NCBI GenBank assembly: GCA_964618805.1
Contig: CAZUBM010000001.1
Coordinates: forward strand, 1 to 64,000
Origin: an uncultured Nitrososphaerota archaeon
GTDB lineage: Archaea; Korarchaeota; Korarchaeia; Korarchaeales; Korarchaeaceae
Length of the DNA: 64,000 bases
Reading direction: 5' to 3'
Positions 37,764 to 46,843 of this stretch are shown piece after piece. The notes under the pieces were generated by a model, which saw only the letters and a list, made by a program, of their open reading frames with translations, was not told where the DNA came from and searched no databases. Both the position numbers and the translations under genes were made by a program. Each line of letters starts with the position of its first letter. Within the stretch, counting starts at the first letter, position 1.

Positions 37764-38791
37764 GATACCACCCCCCATAGGAGAAGGCCCAGAGAGAGAA
37801 ACACAGATCCTATGGACATTGGCAGAATTATGTGCCACCCCATTCTCAAAGCCTGATCTATCCTATAACGAGGATACACAGCCCTCATGAAAACCCCGAG
37901 AACCATTATAGCCAAGGATTTCAATAAGAGAATGACTCCAGGAGCTATTGGACTCCAACTGAGAAATTTAGGTACGGGCTTCCAACCACCAAGGAACATT
38001 ATAGAAAACAGGAGGCAAAGAACGTAGAATTTAACGTAAGAGGCCCCCATGGTGAGCCCGTAAAGGATTCCACTGTATTCAGTAAAAGGACCCATAACTA
38101 TCTCGCTCTCTGCTTCAACGATCTCGAATGGAAACCTTGAAGTGGACATTAGTGCAAGTATTAGGAATGTGATGGCAGCAATTGGGTTCAAGAATAGACC
38201 CCATTTCCATCCTACCTGAGACTCCACGATTTCGATAAGATCCATAGTCCCATAGAGGGCAGCCATTGAAAGTGCTGATATGAACAATGGAATCTCATAT
38301 GCCATGGTTAGATAACCCTCTCTTAATCCTCCTATGAGAGAAAACTTGTCGTTGCTTGCCCAACCAGTAATTAGAGTAATAGCTGGACCAAATGTCAGCA
38401 AACCAAGCGATATAAGGAGGCTTATGTCACTTCTAAAAGCGTAGAAGGATTTACTCACTGGAATGGCTACGGTCGGAATATATGAGGCGGCAAAAAGGAA
38501 TATTGGTCCTAGCATGAACGCAAGCTTATCTGCACTTTCTGGAATTATTGGTTCAGCAAACAGATACCTAAGGAGATCAGCTACTAACTGTATTGCTCCT
38601 CCTAGCTGCTTTAATACATAGAGAGGGCCATATCTAAGTTGAACTTTTGCGGCTAGCTTCCTCTCAAACCATATTATAAAGAGAATTACGATGAAGACTG
38701 TCACAAGTCCAGGGAATATTAGAGGTACAAATAGCCAGGGCGAGAACACTAGATTAATTATCCATTTCAATAAATCCATCAGGTTCATCAT
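37760..38791 (-). CDS. nuoH: Complex I-like subunit H
   Basis: ERKLAAKVQLRYGP, SRFPFEIVEAESEIVMG, PRYRIDQ. Confidence 0.95.
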   Translation of the reverse strand: MMNLMDLLKWIINLVFSPWLFVPLIFPGLVTVFIVILFIIWFERKLAAKVQLRYGPLYVLKQLGGAIQLVADLLRYLFAEPIIPESADKLAFMLGPIFLFAASYIPTVAIPVSKSFYAFRSDISLLISLGLLTFGPAITLITGWASNDKFSLIGGLREGYLTMAYEIPLFISALSMAALYGTMDLIEIVESQVGWKWGLFLNPIAAITFLILALMSTSRFPFEIVEAESEIVMGPFTEYSGILYGLTMGASYVKFYVLCLLFSIMFLGGWKPVPKFLSWSPIAPGVILLLKSLAIMVLGVFMRAVYPRYRIDQALRMGWHIILPMSIGSVFLSLGLLLWGVVS

Positions 38792-39954
38792 CGATCAGCC
38801 TCCGGTGGAAAATAATCTAAACTCCCATAGATTGCTGGGATGTCTGCAACCCTACACTCTCGTATTAAATGCTCAAACAGCACAACGTTTCTGAAGGAAG
38901 GGGTGACCATCCTAAACCTATATGGGGTAACGCTGCCATCACTTACTACGTAATATATTAGCTCTCCTCTAGCAGCCTCCACCCTTGAGAAAGCTTCTCC
39001 CTTTGGAGGTCTTAAATTAGCCATGATTGCTGGGAACTTCACTCTTCGCTTTGTCTCCATGAATTCCTTCCACTTTGGCGGTATCATCTTTAGATAATTC
39101 TCGCTAAGGATGGGTCCATCTGGAATCTGCTTAAGAGCCTGTCTGATGATCCTCATGCTTTGCTTTATCTCACCTATTCTAACTAGTAACCTTGCCATTG
39201 AGTCCCCTTCTTCTCTTACAACAACATCAAATTCTAGTTCAGGATAAGCGCAGTAAGGCTGAACCTTCCTGACATCATAAGGAACTCCAGATGCCCTCAG
39301 ATTTGGTCCTACAATCCCTAGCCTTATCGCATCCTCCTTCTTAAGTACTCCCACTCCCTCTAATCTCGCACGAGTAACAGGATTCCTAATGAATATTCTA
39401 TCATAATCCTCTAGCCTTCTCTCTAAATATCTTAGGGCTTTTTCCATCTCGTCTTCAAAACCCTGAGGCAGATCTCGCCTTACACCTCCTGGGATAATGT
39501 AAGAATAAGTTAATCTAGCACCCGTAAGCCATTGAGCCATTTCAATCATGATTTCCCTATCCGCAAAGCCCCACATGAAGACTGTGGAGGAGCCTAACAT
39601 GATCCCATGTATTCCTATTCCATAAAAATGACTGTGAATCCTATTCATCTCTGCAAGAATGGTCCTCAGATACTGTGCCCTTGGAGGGGCCTCCACTCCT
39701 AGAAGCTTTTCCAGCGCAAGCACGTAGCCTAGGTTGTGGTTAGCGGTATCTGCAAGGGAAGGCCTTTCAACTAAGGGTATTATCTGGATGTATTTCTTCG
39801 TCTCTGCAAGCTTCTCTACAGTTCGATGAACATATCCTATGTTTGGCTTGAGTCTAACCACCACATCCCCATCGACTTCAGCAACCAGCCTCATGTGGCC
39901 CGAAGACGGATGTTGAGGGCCTATTAGAAGCTCAATAATTCGCTCTTCACTCAA
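38788..39954 (-). CDS. nuoD: Complex I-like subunit D (no NiFe cysteines)
   Basis: GPQHPSSGHMRL, GYVHR, GPNLRASG, EAARGE, C-terminal SLDYFPPEADR; no CxxC pairs. Confidence 0.93.
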   Translation of the reverse strand: MSEERIIELLIGPQHPSSGHMRLVAEVDGDVVVRLKPNIGYVHRTVEKLAETKKYIQIIPLVERPSLADTANHNLGYVLALEKLLGVEAPPRAQYLRTILAEMNRIHSHFYGIGIHGIMLGSSTVFMWGFADREIMIEMAQWLTGARLTYSYIIPGGVRRDLPQGFEDEMEKALRYLERRLEDYDRIFIRNPVTRARLEGVGVLKKEDAIRLGIVGPNLRASGVPYDVRKVQPYCAYPELEFDVVVREEGDSMARLLVRIGEIKQSMRIIRQALKQIPDGPILSENYLKMIPPKWKEFMETKRRVKFPAIMANLRPPKGEAFSRVEAARGELIYYVVSDGSVTPYRFRMVTPSFRNVVLFEHLIRECRVADIPAIYGSLDYFPPEADR

Positions 39955-40442
39955 GCCTGAATCCCCTCCGTTTTTACCTCGAATTCCTTCCTAAGAGGGG
40001 GAGGTCCCTCGTAATCATCCGGCAATAACAGCCTCTCAAGTTCCGGGTGTCCTTCAAAGACTATGCCAAGCATTTCGTACTCCTCTCTCTCCAGATATTT
40101 GGAACTTGGCCATATTTCGATAAGAGATGGTAAATGAGGCTCTTCGCTTGGTACTCTTGCTTTTAATACGACTATGACCTTTGCAAGATCCAGATTTCCG
40201 AGAGAGGAGATATGATAGACCACTTCTAACTCCTTTTGTTCGGGAAGGTCTATAGCCGTTACCGACTTGACGTGATCAAATCCTATTTCTTTTAGTTTTT
40301 TGGCCACCTCTAGAAGGTTATCTGGTTCTACTTGCACTGTAACTATTTCATCCTTAGTGCCTATTTCGGTAGAGAGTTCTCGTAGTGATTGGGAAATTTT
40401 TTCTATAATGCTCTCTAATCCAGCTTCAGACCTTGAGTCCAA
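39951..40442 (-). CDS. nuoC: Complex I-like subunit C
   Basis: VTAIDL, EREEYEMLGIVFEGHP, PLRKEF. Confidence 0.93.
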   Translation of the reverse strand: MDSRSEAGLESIIEKISQSLRELSTEIGTKDEIVTVQVEPDNLLEVAKKLKEIGFDHVKSVTAIDLPEQKELEVVYHISSLGNLDLAKVIVVLKARVPSEEPHLPSLIEIWPSSKYLEREEYEMLGIVFEGHPELERLLLPDDYEGPPPLRKEFEVKTEGIQA

Positions 40443-40950
40443 AAGCTTCTCCCTCCCTTATCCTCTTTTGTAACATAATGATCGATCTAGCAACGGCTTC
40501 TGGTCTTGGTGGGCATCCAGGGATAAATATCTCAACAGGTAGAATGTCCTTCGGTCTAACTATGTTGTAACTGTTCCAAAAGATTCCACCATCGATAGCG
40601 CAGGCACCCATTGCTATAACGAACTTCGGTTCAGGCATTTGCTCATATACCCATACGGCTGCTTTGGCCATCTTACGAGTTAAAGTCCCCTCTATGAGCA
40701 TGAGATTAGTTTGTCTAGGGGCTACAAAAGGAAGAAAGCCAAACCTCTCAACATCAAACCTTGGAGCAGAGGTAGCTGCAAACTCAGCTCCGCAACAAGC
40801 AGTAGTGAAGTGGACAGGCCATAAGGAGAAAGCTATTCCCCAATCCCTTAAGTTTCTAATAGGTGTCTTCTTTACCAACCACTGAGCTGCTCTCTTTGCA
40901 GATTCTTCCAGATTTCCGATTAACGTAACTCCTGCTATTCTGCAGACCAT
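40426..40950 (-). CDS. nuoB: Complex I-like subunit B (N2 cluster)
   Basis: TACCGAE, PRQ, AMGACAIDGG, IPGCPPRPEA. Confidence 0.95.
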   Translation of the reverse strand: MVCRIAGVTLIGNLEESAKRAAQWLVKKTPIRNLRDWGIAFSLWPVHFTTACCGAEFAATSAPRFDVERFGFLPFVAPRQTNLMLIEGTLTRKMAKAAVWVYEQMPEPKFVIAMGACAIDGGIFWNSYNIVRPKDILPVEIFIPGCPPRPEAVARSIIMLQKRIREGEAFGLKV

Positions 40951-41318
40951 AATTTCAACCTCCGAGCAGAATTAAGACCAAAAAGCAGGGGCGGGCTTAT
41001 AATACCGAGAATCGCTAGAAATAAGAACAAAACTCTATATGGGCTGTTATGAGCCTCCATCAGAAGCAGAAACGAGTAAATCATAACTGGTTCGACGGTC
41101 AGGAAAACAATTAAGTAAGGATAATATTGCATCATGAAAAGACCTCTTGCCCTTCCCCTAGGAGGATTTCCACACTCATATCTTAGCCGCTTTCTCTCTA
41201 AACTGCGTGATGGTGCCAGCAATCTTCCAAGAATAAATCCCAACATGCCTATACCAACTCCAATTGCTAGAGCTGCTGAGAACGTAAGCAAAATGCTCAT
41301 TCCTTGATTGTAAGGCAT
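40935..41318 (-). CDS. nuoA: Complex I-like subunit A
   Basis: YECG loop, QYYPYLIVFLTVEP, three TM segments. Confidence 0.9.
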   Translation of the reverse strand: MPYNQGMSILLTFSAALAIGVGIGMLGFILGRLLAPSRSLERKRLRYECGNPPRGRARGLFMMQYYPYLIVFLTVEPVMIYSFLLLMEAHNSPYRVLFLFLAILGIISPPLLFGLNSARRLKLWSAE

Positions 41319-41345
41319 TGACCGTCTCCCCTAAAGAGTCGATGA

Positions 41346-41368
41346 GATTTATTAAAAATTTTAACATT
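41346..41368 (-). promoter_or_regulatory. Candidate BRE/TATA promoter (quasi-palindromic) of nuo operon
   Basis: Minus strand AATGTTAAAATTTTTAATAAATC ending 27 nt before nuoA ATG. Confidence 0.55.
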
Positions 41369-41546
41369 CCCTAAATAGCGTTATGTGGGATAGTAAGATC
41401 TCGCAAAAGATCGGCTTTATTATAGGAAATCCATCCTTTTCAAGAATTAAATACTCAATGAAAAACACCTAAAGAGGCTCAATTGACAAGTCTTATCTAT
41501 TGTACTTTGTGCAATAAACTTAACAGACATTAGTATCCATTAAAGA

Positions 41547-43289
41547 TTAAAACAGGGTTCTTACGATTGCCTTAATTATTCCCAAAGGTCTTAATGAACT
41601 TAGTAGGCCAATTCTAGGATATAGCTCTTTTTTAAGGAGAAATTCCTTTTCCTCCATCAAATCAATTATCTTAGCCTTTAGAGAATTGAGCACATGATGC
41701 TTATCTTCCTCGCTCCTCACAGTTTTCTCGATCAGAGACAGACATTCTCTGCTGAATGATGTTCTTTCCCTTACTGCAGTGAGCGTTTCTTCATCAATGA
41801 TTCCGTACTTTTCTTTTATTTCTGCTAATCTTTCAGCAGCGCTTAAGCTAGCCTCAACGATTTCCCCTCTATCCATCCAATTCGTACTGTAGTTAAGGGT
41901 ATATTTCCAGTGAAGCTCTAACAATGCCTTTCTATGTTCAGAAAAAGTTCTGTAGATGATATTGTACCCGAATTTTTCTGGATTCTCAAAAGCAAGGCTT
42001 CCTGGATCAATAAATGGCGCCAAGGGCGCCGTAAATGCCTCTAGTTTACCTGGCACATTGCTTCTATTCAGTAAGTACTCAAAGTACCTAGCTATACCTA
42101 CTGCATCCTCTATTGTTTGAAGAGGTAAGCCTGTCATAAAGTAAAGGTCTATTCTTTTTATACCAACCTTTATTGAGTTATCTATCATCTTTTCCAGCGT
42201 TTTGTTCCTATATAGTCTCCCATAATTATATCGAATCCTTTCGACGTGAGTTTCAGGAGAAATCTGTATGTAAACGTTATCTCCTAGCCTAGATAGTTGA
42301 AGCAGAAGCGATCTATTAACCGGGAAGAAGAATTCGAACATTAAATCATTCCCAACGTCGATGGCTTTGAGTTCCTTAATTATCCTATCAGCTCTCTCCC
42401 TTCCGCCAAGTCTAACATCGCCTAAAATAAATATTGGGGCCTTTAACTTCTCAGCTATTGATTTCACTTCCTGCCCAATCCGTTCAGGGCTTTTCAAAGC
42501 TAGAGAACATCTATTCAAGAAGTTAGAGTAGAAGCTCTTTGATCCTCCGCAACCAGCGCAATTAAAAACACAGCCTTTTGCTGTAAGTACTGCTGTTATT
42601 GGGTTTTTCAGAAATGAGGCAAAAGGGGCCGATATAGCTAAATCTTTCGTTCTTAATATCTGTCTGACCATGAAATCATAACTAGGACTAACATAATCAA
42701 GGGACTCAGGGACATAGGTAAGAGCATTCTCACGAATCCTACCATTCTCTCTCCAAATCAAATTTGGAACGTTAGAGAAGTCTCTGTTCCCTTTTAGCAC
42801 CTTTTCAGCCAGAAGAACAAACGGATCTTCTGTAGAATCTCCTCTCAAAATGAAGTCTATGAAAGGATAGCTCTTCATTATCTCAGCCCAAAAATAAGAG
42901 GAGGATACGCCCCCGAGTACTATGGGGGAGTTGGGATGAAATCGCTTTATCATCTTAGCAATTTCTATGGCTCCATGTGCGTGAACCAGCCAGTGTAGAT
43001 CAATACCGTAAATTCTTGCGTTTAATCGCTCAAGAAAATTGGGTACACTGAAATTTTTATCTATCAGCATTTTAGAGGCGAGATTATAGATAACAACATT
43101 AAATCCTCTTTCCTCAAGGGAGGAAGCAAGTGTTAGGAAACCTATCGGGTACATGTCAAATACGTATAGAGATGGAACGACTTCGCTTACCGGTCCAGGA
43201 AAGACAACCTTTTCCCTGAAGTCGTACACACTTGGAGCATGAATTAATGCTATATCGCATGAAGGCATCCCTACATTCCCTTCTGACAC
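41547..43289 (-). CDS. B12-binding domain/radical SAM protein (TIGR04190-like)
   Basis: LIHAPSVYDFR, FDMYPIGF, GIDLHWLVHAHG, CVFNCAGCGGS, PFIDPGS. Confidence 0.85.
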   Translation of the reverse strand: MSEGNVGMPSCDIALIHAPSVYDFREKVVFPGPVSEVVPSLYVFDMYPIGFLTLASSLEERGFNVVIYNLASKMLIDKNFSVPNFLERLNARIYGIDLHWLVHAHGAIEIAKMIKRFHPNSPIVLGGVSSSYFWAEIMKSYPFIDFILRGDSTEDPFVLLAEKVLKGNRDFSNVPNLIWRENGRIRENALTYVPESLDYVSPSYDFMVRQILRTKDLAISAPFASFLKNPITAVLTAKGCVFNCAGCGGSKSFYSNFLNRCSLALKSPERIGQEVKSIAEKLKAPIFILGDVRLGGRERADRIIKELKAIDVGNDLMFEFFFPVNRSLLLQLSRLGDNVYIQISPETHVERIRYNYGRLYRNKTLEKMIDNSIKVGIKRIDLYFMTGLPLQTIEDAVGIARYFEYLLNRSNVPGKLEAFTAPLAPFIDPGSLAFENPEKFGYNIIYRTFSEHRKALLELHWKYTLNYSTNWMDRGEIVEASLSAAERLAEIKEKYGIIDEETLTAVRERTSFSRECLSLIEKTVRSEEDKHHVLNSLKAKIIDLMEEKEFLLKKELYPRIGLLSSLRPLGIIKAIVRTLF

Positions 43290-43550
43290 ATCACATGGGA
43301 TCTACATCTGATATCTAAGATATGAATAATCTTTACTGTTCTGATATTATTTTCAAAAACAATAGTTAAGTAAGAGATCTCGAGGCATTATTCGGCGGTA
43401 TGGTAGAACATTTTTCAATAAAATTAATGATGCTTCCAAACATTGCTTAACTTCTTCACTACATTTGGTAATGTTCAAATGAGATTGAAGAATCTCTCAA
43501 TTTAAACCTCCGGCAAGCTCCTAAAGAGTCTAAAATCATGTAGTAAGAGC

Positions 43551-44369
43551 TTAATTCTTTCTATTTGAAATATATTGAGCTATTTTTCGGAGTAATTCCT
43601 TTGCTTTGCTTTCTGGGAACGGTTTCAGCGATTCAATTGCGCTGTTTGTTAACCGATGAACTAATGAATTTAATATGGCCCTTGGATTCTCCCCCTCAAC
43701 TAGAGAGGAGATCTCTCCAGGCTTACCCCAATCCATTAAATCATCCTTAACCTGATAAGCAAGCCCTATGTGCTTGCCATATTTACTTATTTCCTCCACT
43801 AACCTCTCAGGTGCGCCAGCTATTATTGCACCCATTCTAGCAGCAGCCTCAAAAATGGCTGCTGTCTTCTTGTAAAGTATGTCCATATATGAATTGATGT
43901 CTATCAACTTTCCCCGTTTTCTCACCAAAAATTCCTCCATTTCTCCTTCGCTCATCTTAATAGCCGTCCAGGAGAGCGTTAAAAGTACTCTTTTATCTGC
44001 ATATCTTGAACAAACGTCTACTGCAACGGACATAACGTAATCAGCCATCAACATAGCCATTTCCTCTCCAAATCTCCTCTGGAATGAAGGTTTTCCTCTT
44101 CTAAGTACGTCCTTATCTATTAGGTCATCGTGTATTAGCGAGAGGTTATGCATTAGTTCTATTGCTGCTGCTGCCGGCTTTGGATTCCCTTTCCCTCCGC
44201 TTACCTCGTTAACAAGTAGAAGAATAATTGGTCTTATCCTTTTACCCCCTTTTAAGGCTTCCATGAGTGGCGTGTAAAAAATGGAGTCCGAATATGCCGA
44301 TAAAACTTCTGCAAGGGCCACTTCGGCCTTTTCTATGTATGGTTTTAGTTCTCGTTTTAATGCAATCAT
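43551..44369 (-). CDS. Polyprenyl diphosphate (GGPP-type) synthase
   Basis: GGKRIRP, first Asp-rich motif LIHDDLID, RRG, KKTA, second motif QVKDDLMD. Confidence 0.9.
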   Translation of the reverse strand: MIALKRELKPYIEKAEVALAEVLSAYSDSIFYTPLMEALKGGKRIRPIILLLVNEVSGGKGNPKPAAAAIELMHNLSLIHDDLIDKDVLRRGKPSFQRRFGEEMAMLMADYVMSVAVDVCSRYADKRVLLTLSWTAIKMSEGEMEEFLVRKRGKLIDINSYMDILYKKTAAIFEAAARMGAIIAGAPERLVEEISKYGKHIGLAYQVKDDLMDWGKPGEISSLVEGENPRAILNSLVHRLTNSAIESLKPFPESKAKELLRKIAQYISNRKN

Positions 44370-44545
44370 GGCTTACCGATATTCTATAGTCTAATTCATA
44401 AGTTTTCCTCTACTTACAAACTGAACTCATCTCGTATTTGGGCCATTGAGAAGATTACCTGCACGGAATTCACTCATGTTCGGAGCAAAGGATAAGCAAG
44501 TTGGTAAAATGCTTTACAGAAGCGTTGTAGGAGGATGAAATAACT

Positions 44546-45571
44546 TTAGCATCTTACTACCTTGTTTCTCATCGATGAACTTACGAAAACATTGAACAGG
44601 AAGAGAAGACCATCAGCTTTTGGCTTTTCCCCTTGAAACAATGAAAGAAGAAGACTCACAGGAGCTTCCTTTATTATCCTCATTCTTATGTCTTTTGGTA
44701 AAGATAAGATCTTCTTAAGCCATCTTCTCCCTCTTTTCAATCTATCTCCATATCTCTTGTTCCAGAGCTTCTGATAATTCGGTTTATAACATATTGAGCC
44801 CGAGTAGAGCGCATATCTGATACCTTCCCCGGTGAACGGCATTACCATACCAGCGGCCTCGCCAGCCACAACAACATTCTTGCTTTGAATTTTTCGAAGA
44901 GGACCTCCTGTAGAGAAAATCCCTCTCCTTATCCCTCTGATAACTTTCAAATTGAATCTTTTAAGAAGAACCCCAAGATCTTTACTTAGAGTTTCTATTC
45001 CAGCAAAGCCACCGACTCCAACATTATACAAATCCCTTCTAGGAAAGATCCAAGCGTACCCGTAGGGTAAGATGAACAAATTTATCGCATCCTCTGGCAA
45101 CGCCTCAGCACAAGCGCAGTAACATTGTAAGGCGGGCGCAGATCTGTATCCAGAATAATCAAAGAAAGACCTTGCAATGCTACCAGGGTTTCCCGTAGCA
45201 TCAACTATCAGGTCGAAGTCTTCTGGACTTGGGACTTTTCCTAATACTACTTTCGCTCCTTCCGCTTCTGCTTCCTCCATGAGTTCTCTTAGAAATGATC
45301 TTTTGTCGATGATGTACCCAGATAAAAATCCACGGACCTCTCTCACAAAGCTCCATCCTAAGTAGAACAAACATCTTTTGATCTCGTTACATATGAAATC
45401 TCCCTTTTTTAAGGGAGTAAAAAGTAAAGCTTCTTCAGGAATGGCCTCTCCACAAGGCTTTATACCCAATTCCTTTCTCTTTTCATAAACTCTTACAGAA
45501 TGGCCTTCTTTAGATGCCCAATACGCACAGTTTAGCCCTGCTGGACCTGCTCCATATATAATTATCTTCAT
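44546..45571 (-). CDS. Geranylgeranyl reductase family FAD oxidoreductase
   Basis: GAGPAG, KPCGE, GYAWIFP, GEAAGMVMPFTGEGI. Confidence 0.88.
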   Translation of the reverse strand: MKIIIYGAGPAGLNCAYWASKEGHSVRVYEKRKELGIKPCGEAIPEEALLFTPLKKGDFICNEIKRCLFYLGWSFVREVRGFLSGYIIDKRSFLRELMEEAEAEGAKVVLGKVPSPEDFDLIVDATGNPGSIARSFFDYSGYRSAPALQCYCACAEALPEDAINLFILPYGYAWIFPRRDLYNVGVGGFAGIETLSKDLGVLLKRFNLKVIRGIRRGIFSTGGPLRKIQSKNVVVAGEAAGMVMPFTGEGIRYALYSGSICYKPNYQKLWNKRYGDRLKRGRRWLKKILSLPKDIRMRIIKEAPVSLLLSLFQGEKPKADGLLFLFNVFVSSSMRNKVVRC

Positions 45572-46794
45572 ATAGGCACCTTTGAGGGAAAATCAAGGAG
45601 CTTATAACTAAACGAGGATTTATCTAATGCAATAACCCCTCTTATCATCTTTGATGGAACTATCCATAGAAGTGAGAGGAGCTTATATTTCATAAGAAGA
45701 TCTACTATCTTTCTAGCCCTCAATGCAACGTTAAAGGTCCTCTCAAAGCACTTAATCATTGAACTCTTAAACAAGGAACTAGCTTCTCTAGGATCTTCAA
45801 ACCACTTTTTTAGAGCTATAAAAGCTATAAAAGAGGAGACAGCTGCTGTTGGTATTCCTCCACCATTCACTGGCATCACTAAACCAGCAGCATCACCTAT
45901 TAATAAGGAAAAGCTGTTAGCTAAGTTCTTAAATATCCCGCCTACAGGCAGGGCCTTCCCATAAATCTGACCTAGGCCTTCTAAACCCCTCTTTCTCATA
46001 AATTGGTCATGACAGCTCCTTATATTGACTCCATAGCTATCCCTAACTCCTACACCTACACTTAGGAGGTCCCTTCCTCTTGGAATTACCCAAGCGTATC
46101 CTCCTGGGGAGAACTCGTTGTAGAACCCCATGTAGACCGAATTATCAGGATAGTCTCCCTTAGCTAACTGAACGGTTACATATGCAAGATCATCCCCTTT
46201 TACCTTGTTATTAAGACCCATAGATCTAGAAACTCTCGATGGAAATCCATCAGCACCTATTATAATGCGAGACCACTCCAAAAACTCTTTCTTCCCTCTA
46301 AGTAAAGAGACGACTTTACTATCAGAAACTTTACTTCCAATATAGCTAGTTGACAGATACAATTCTGCTCCATTGCCTTTGGCAATTTTAATTAGTCTAG
46401 AAATGGCTTTTTTTCTTGATATCACCTTTCCCTTTAGATCTAGCATTTTTTCCCTTCCACTAAGATCAACTATTACTTGATCCGTCTCATGAAGGGTTAA
46501 TTCATCGCTATAAAAGCTCTTTCTCATGAACTCAGTTGCAGAATAGAATTCTTCTGGGAATGCTTTCCTAATCAGTGAGAAGTCTGGAAGGAATTCGCCG
46601 CAGATGGTAGGTTCTTCAATACCTTTTTTTCTATCAACAACGAGAACTTTAAACCCTTCTTTGGCAGCAAGCGAAGCTAATGAGGCTCCGGCTGGACCGC
46701 ACCCTACGATAAGTAGATCATACATTTTCCTTTCTCGACCTTCCAAGGGTCTTTGGGTTTCTGAAGACTTCATAGAGCTTATTTTAGGTTCCAT
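45568..46794 (-). CDS. Geranylgeranyl reductase family FAD oxidoreductase
   Basis: GCGPAG, CGE, GADG, PGGYAWVIP, GDAAGLVMPVNGGGI. Confidence 0.88.
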   Translation of the reverse strand: MEPKISSMKSSETQRPLEGRERKMYDLLIVGCGPAGASLASLAAKEGFKVLVVDRKKGIEEPTICGEFLPDFSLIRKAFPEEFYSATEFMRKSFYSDELTLHETDQVIVDLSGREKMLDLKGKVISRKKAISRLIKIAKGNGAELYLSTSYIGSKVSDSKVVSLLRGKKEFLEWSRIIIGADGFPSRVSRSMGLNNKVKGDDLAYVTVQLAKGDYPDNSVYMGFYNEFSPGGYAWVIPRGRDLLSVGVGVRDSYGVNIRSCHDQFMRKRGLEGLGQIYGKALPVGGIFKNLANSFSLLIGDAAGLVMPVNGGGIPTAAVSSFIAFIALKKWFEDPREASSLFKSSMIKCFERTFNVALRARKIVDLLMKYKLLSLLWIVPSKMIRGVIALDKSSFSYKLLDFPSKVPI

Positions 46795-46843
46795 TTAAAG
46801 GATAACGCTACCTATTTTAAACAAGCAAATCCGACTTTAATTC

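Noticed and set aside
38788-39954. Nuo cluster as a group 4 membrane-bound hydrogenase (Mbh/Ech)
   Set aside because: Subunit D lacks both Ni-binding CxxC motifs
41498-41516. Imperfect inverted repeat TATTGTAC-TTT-GTGCAATA between the B12-radical SAM gene and nuoA
   Set aside because: Single occurrence about 180 bp from nuoA; cannot be told apart from a terminator hairpin or chance
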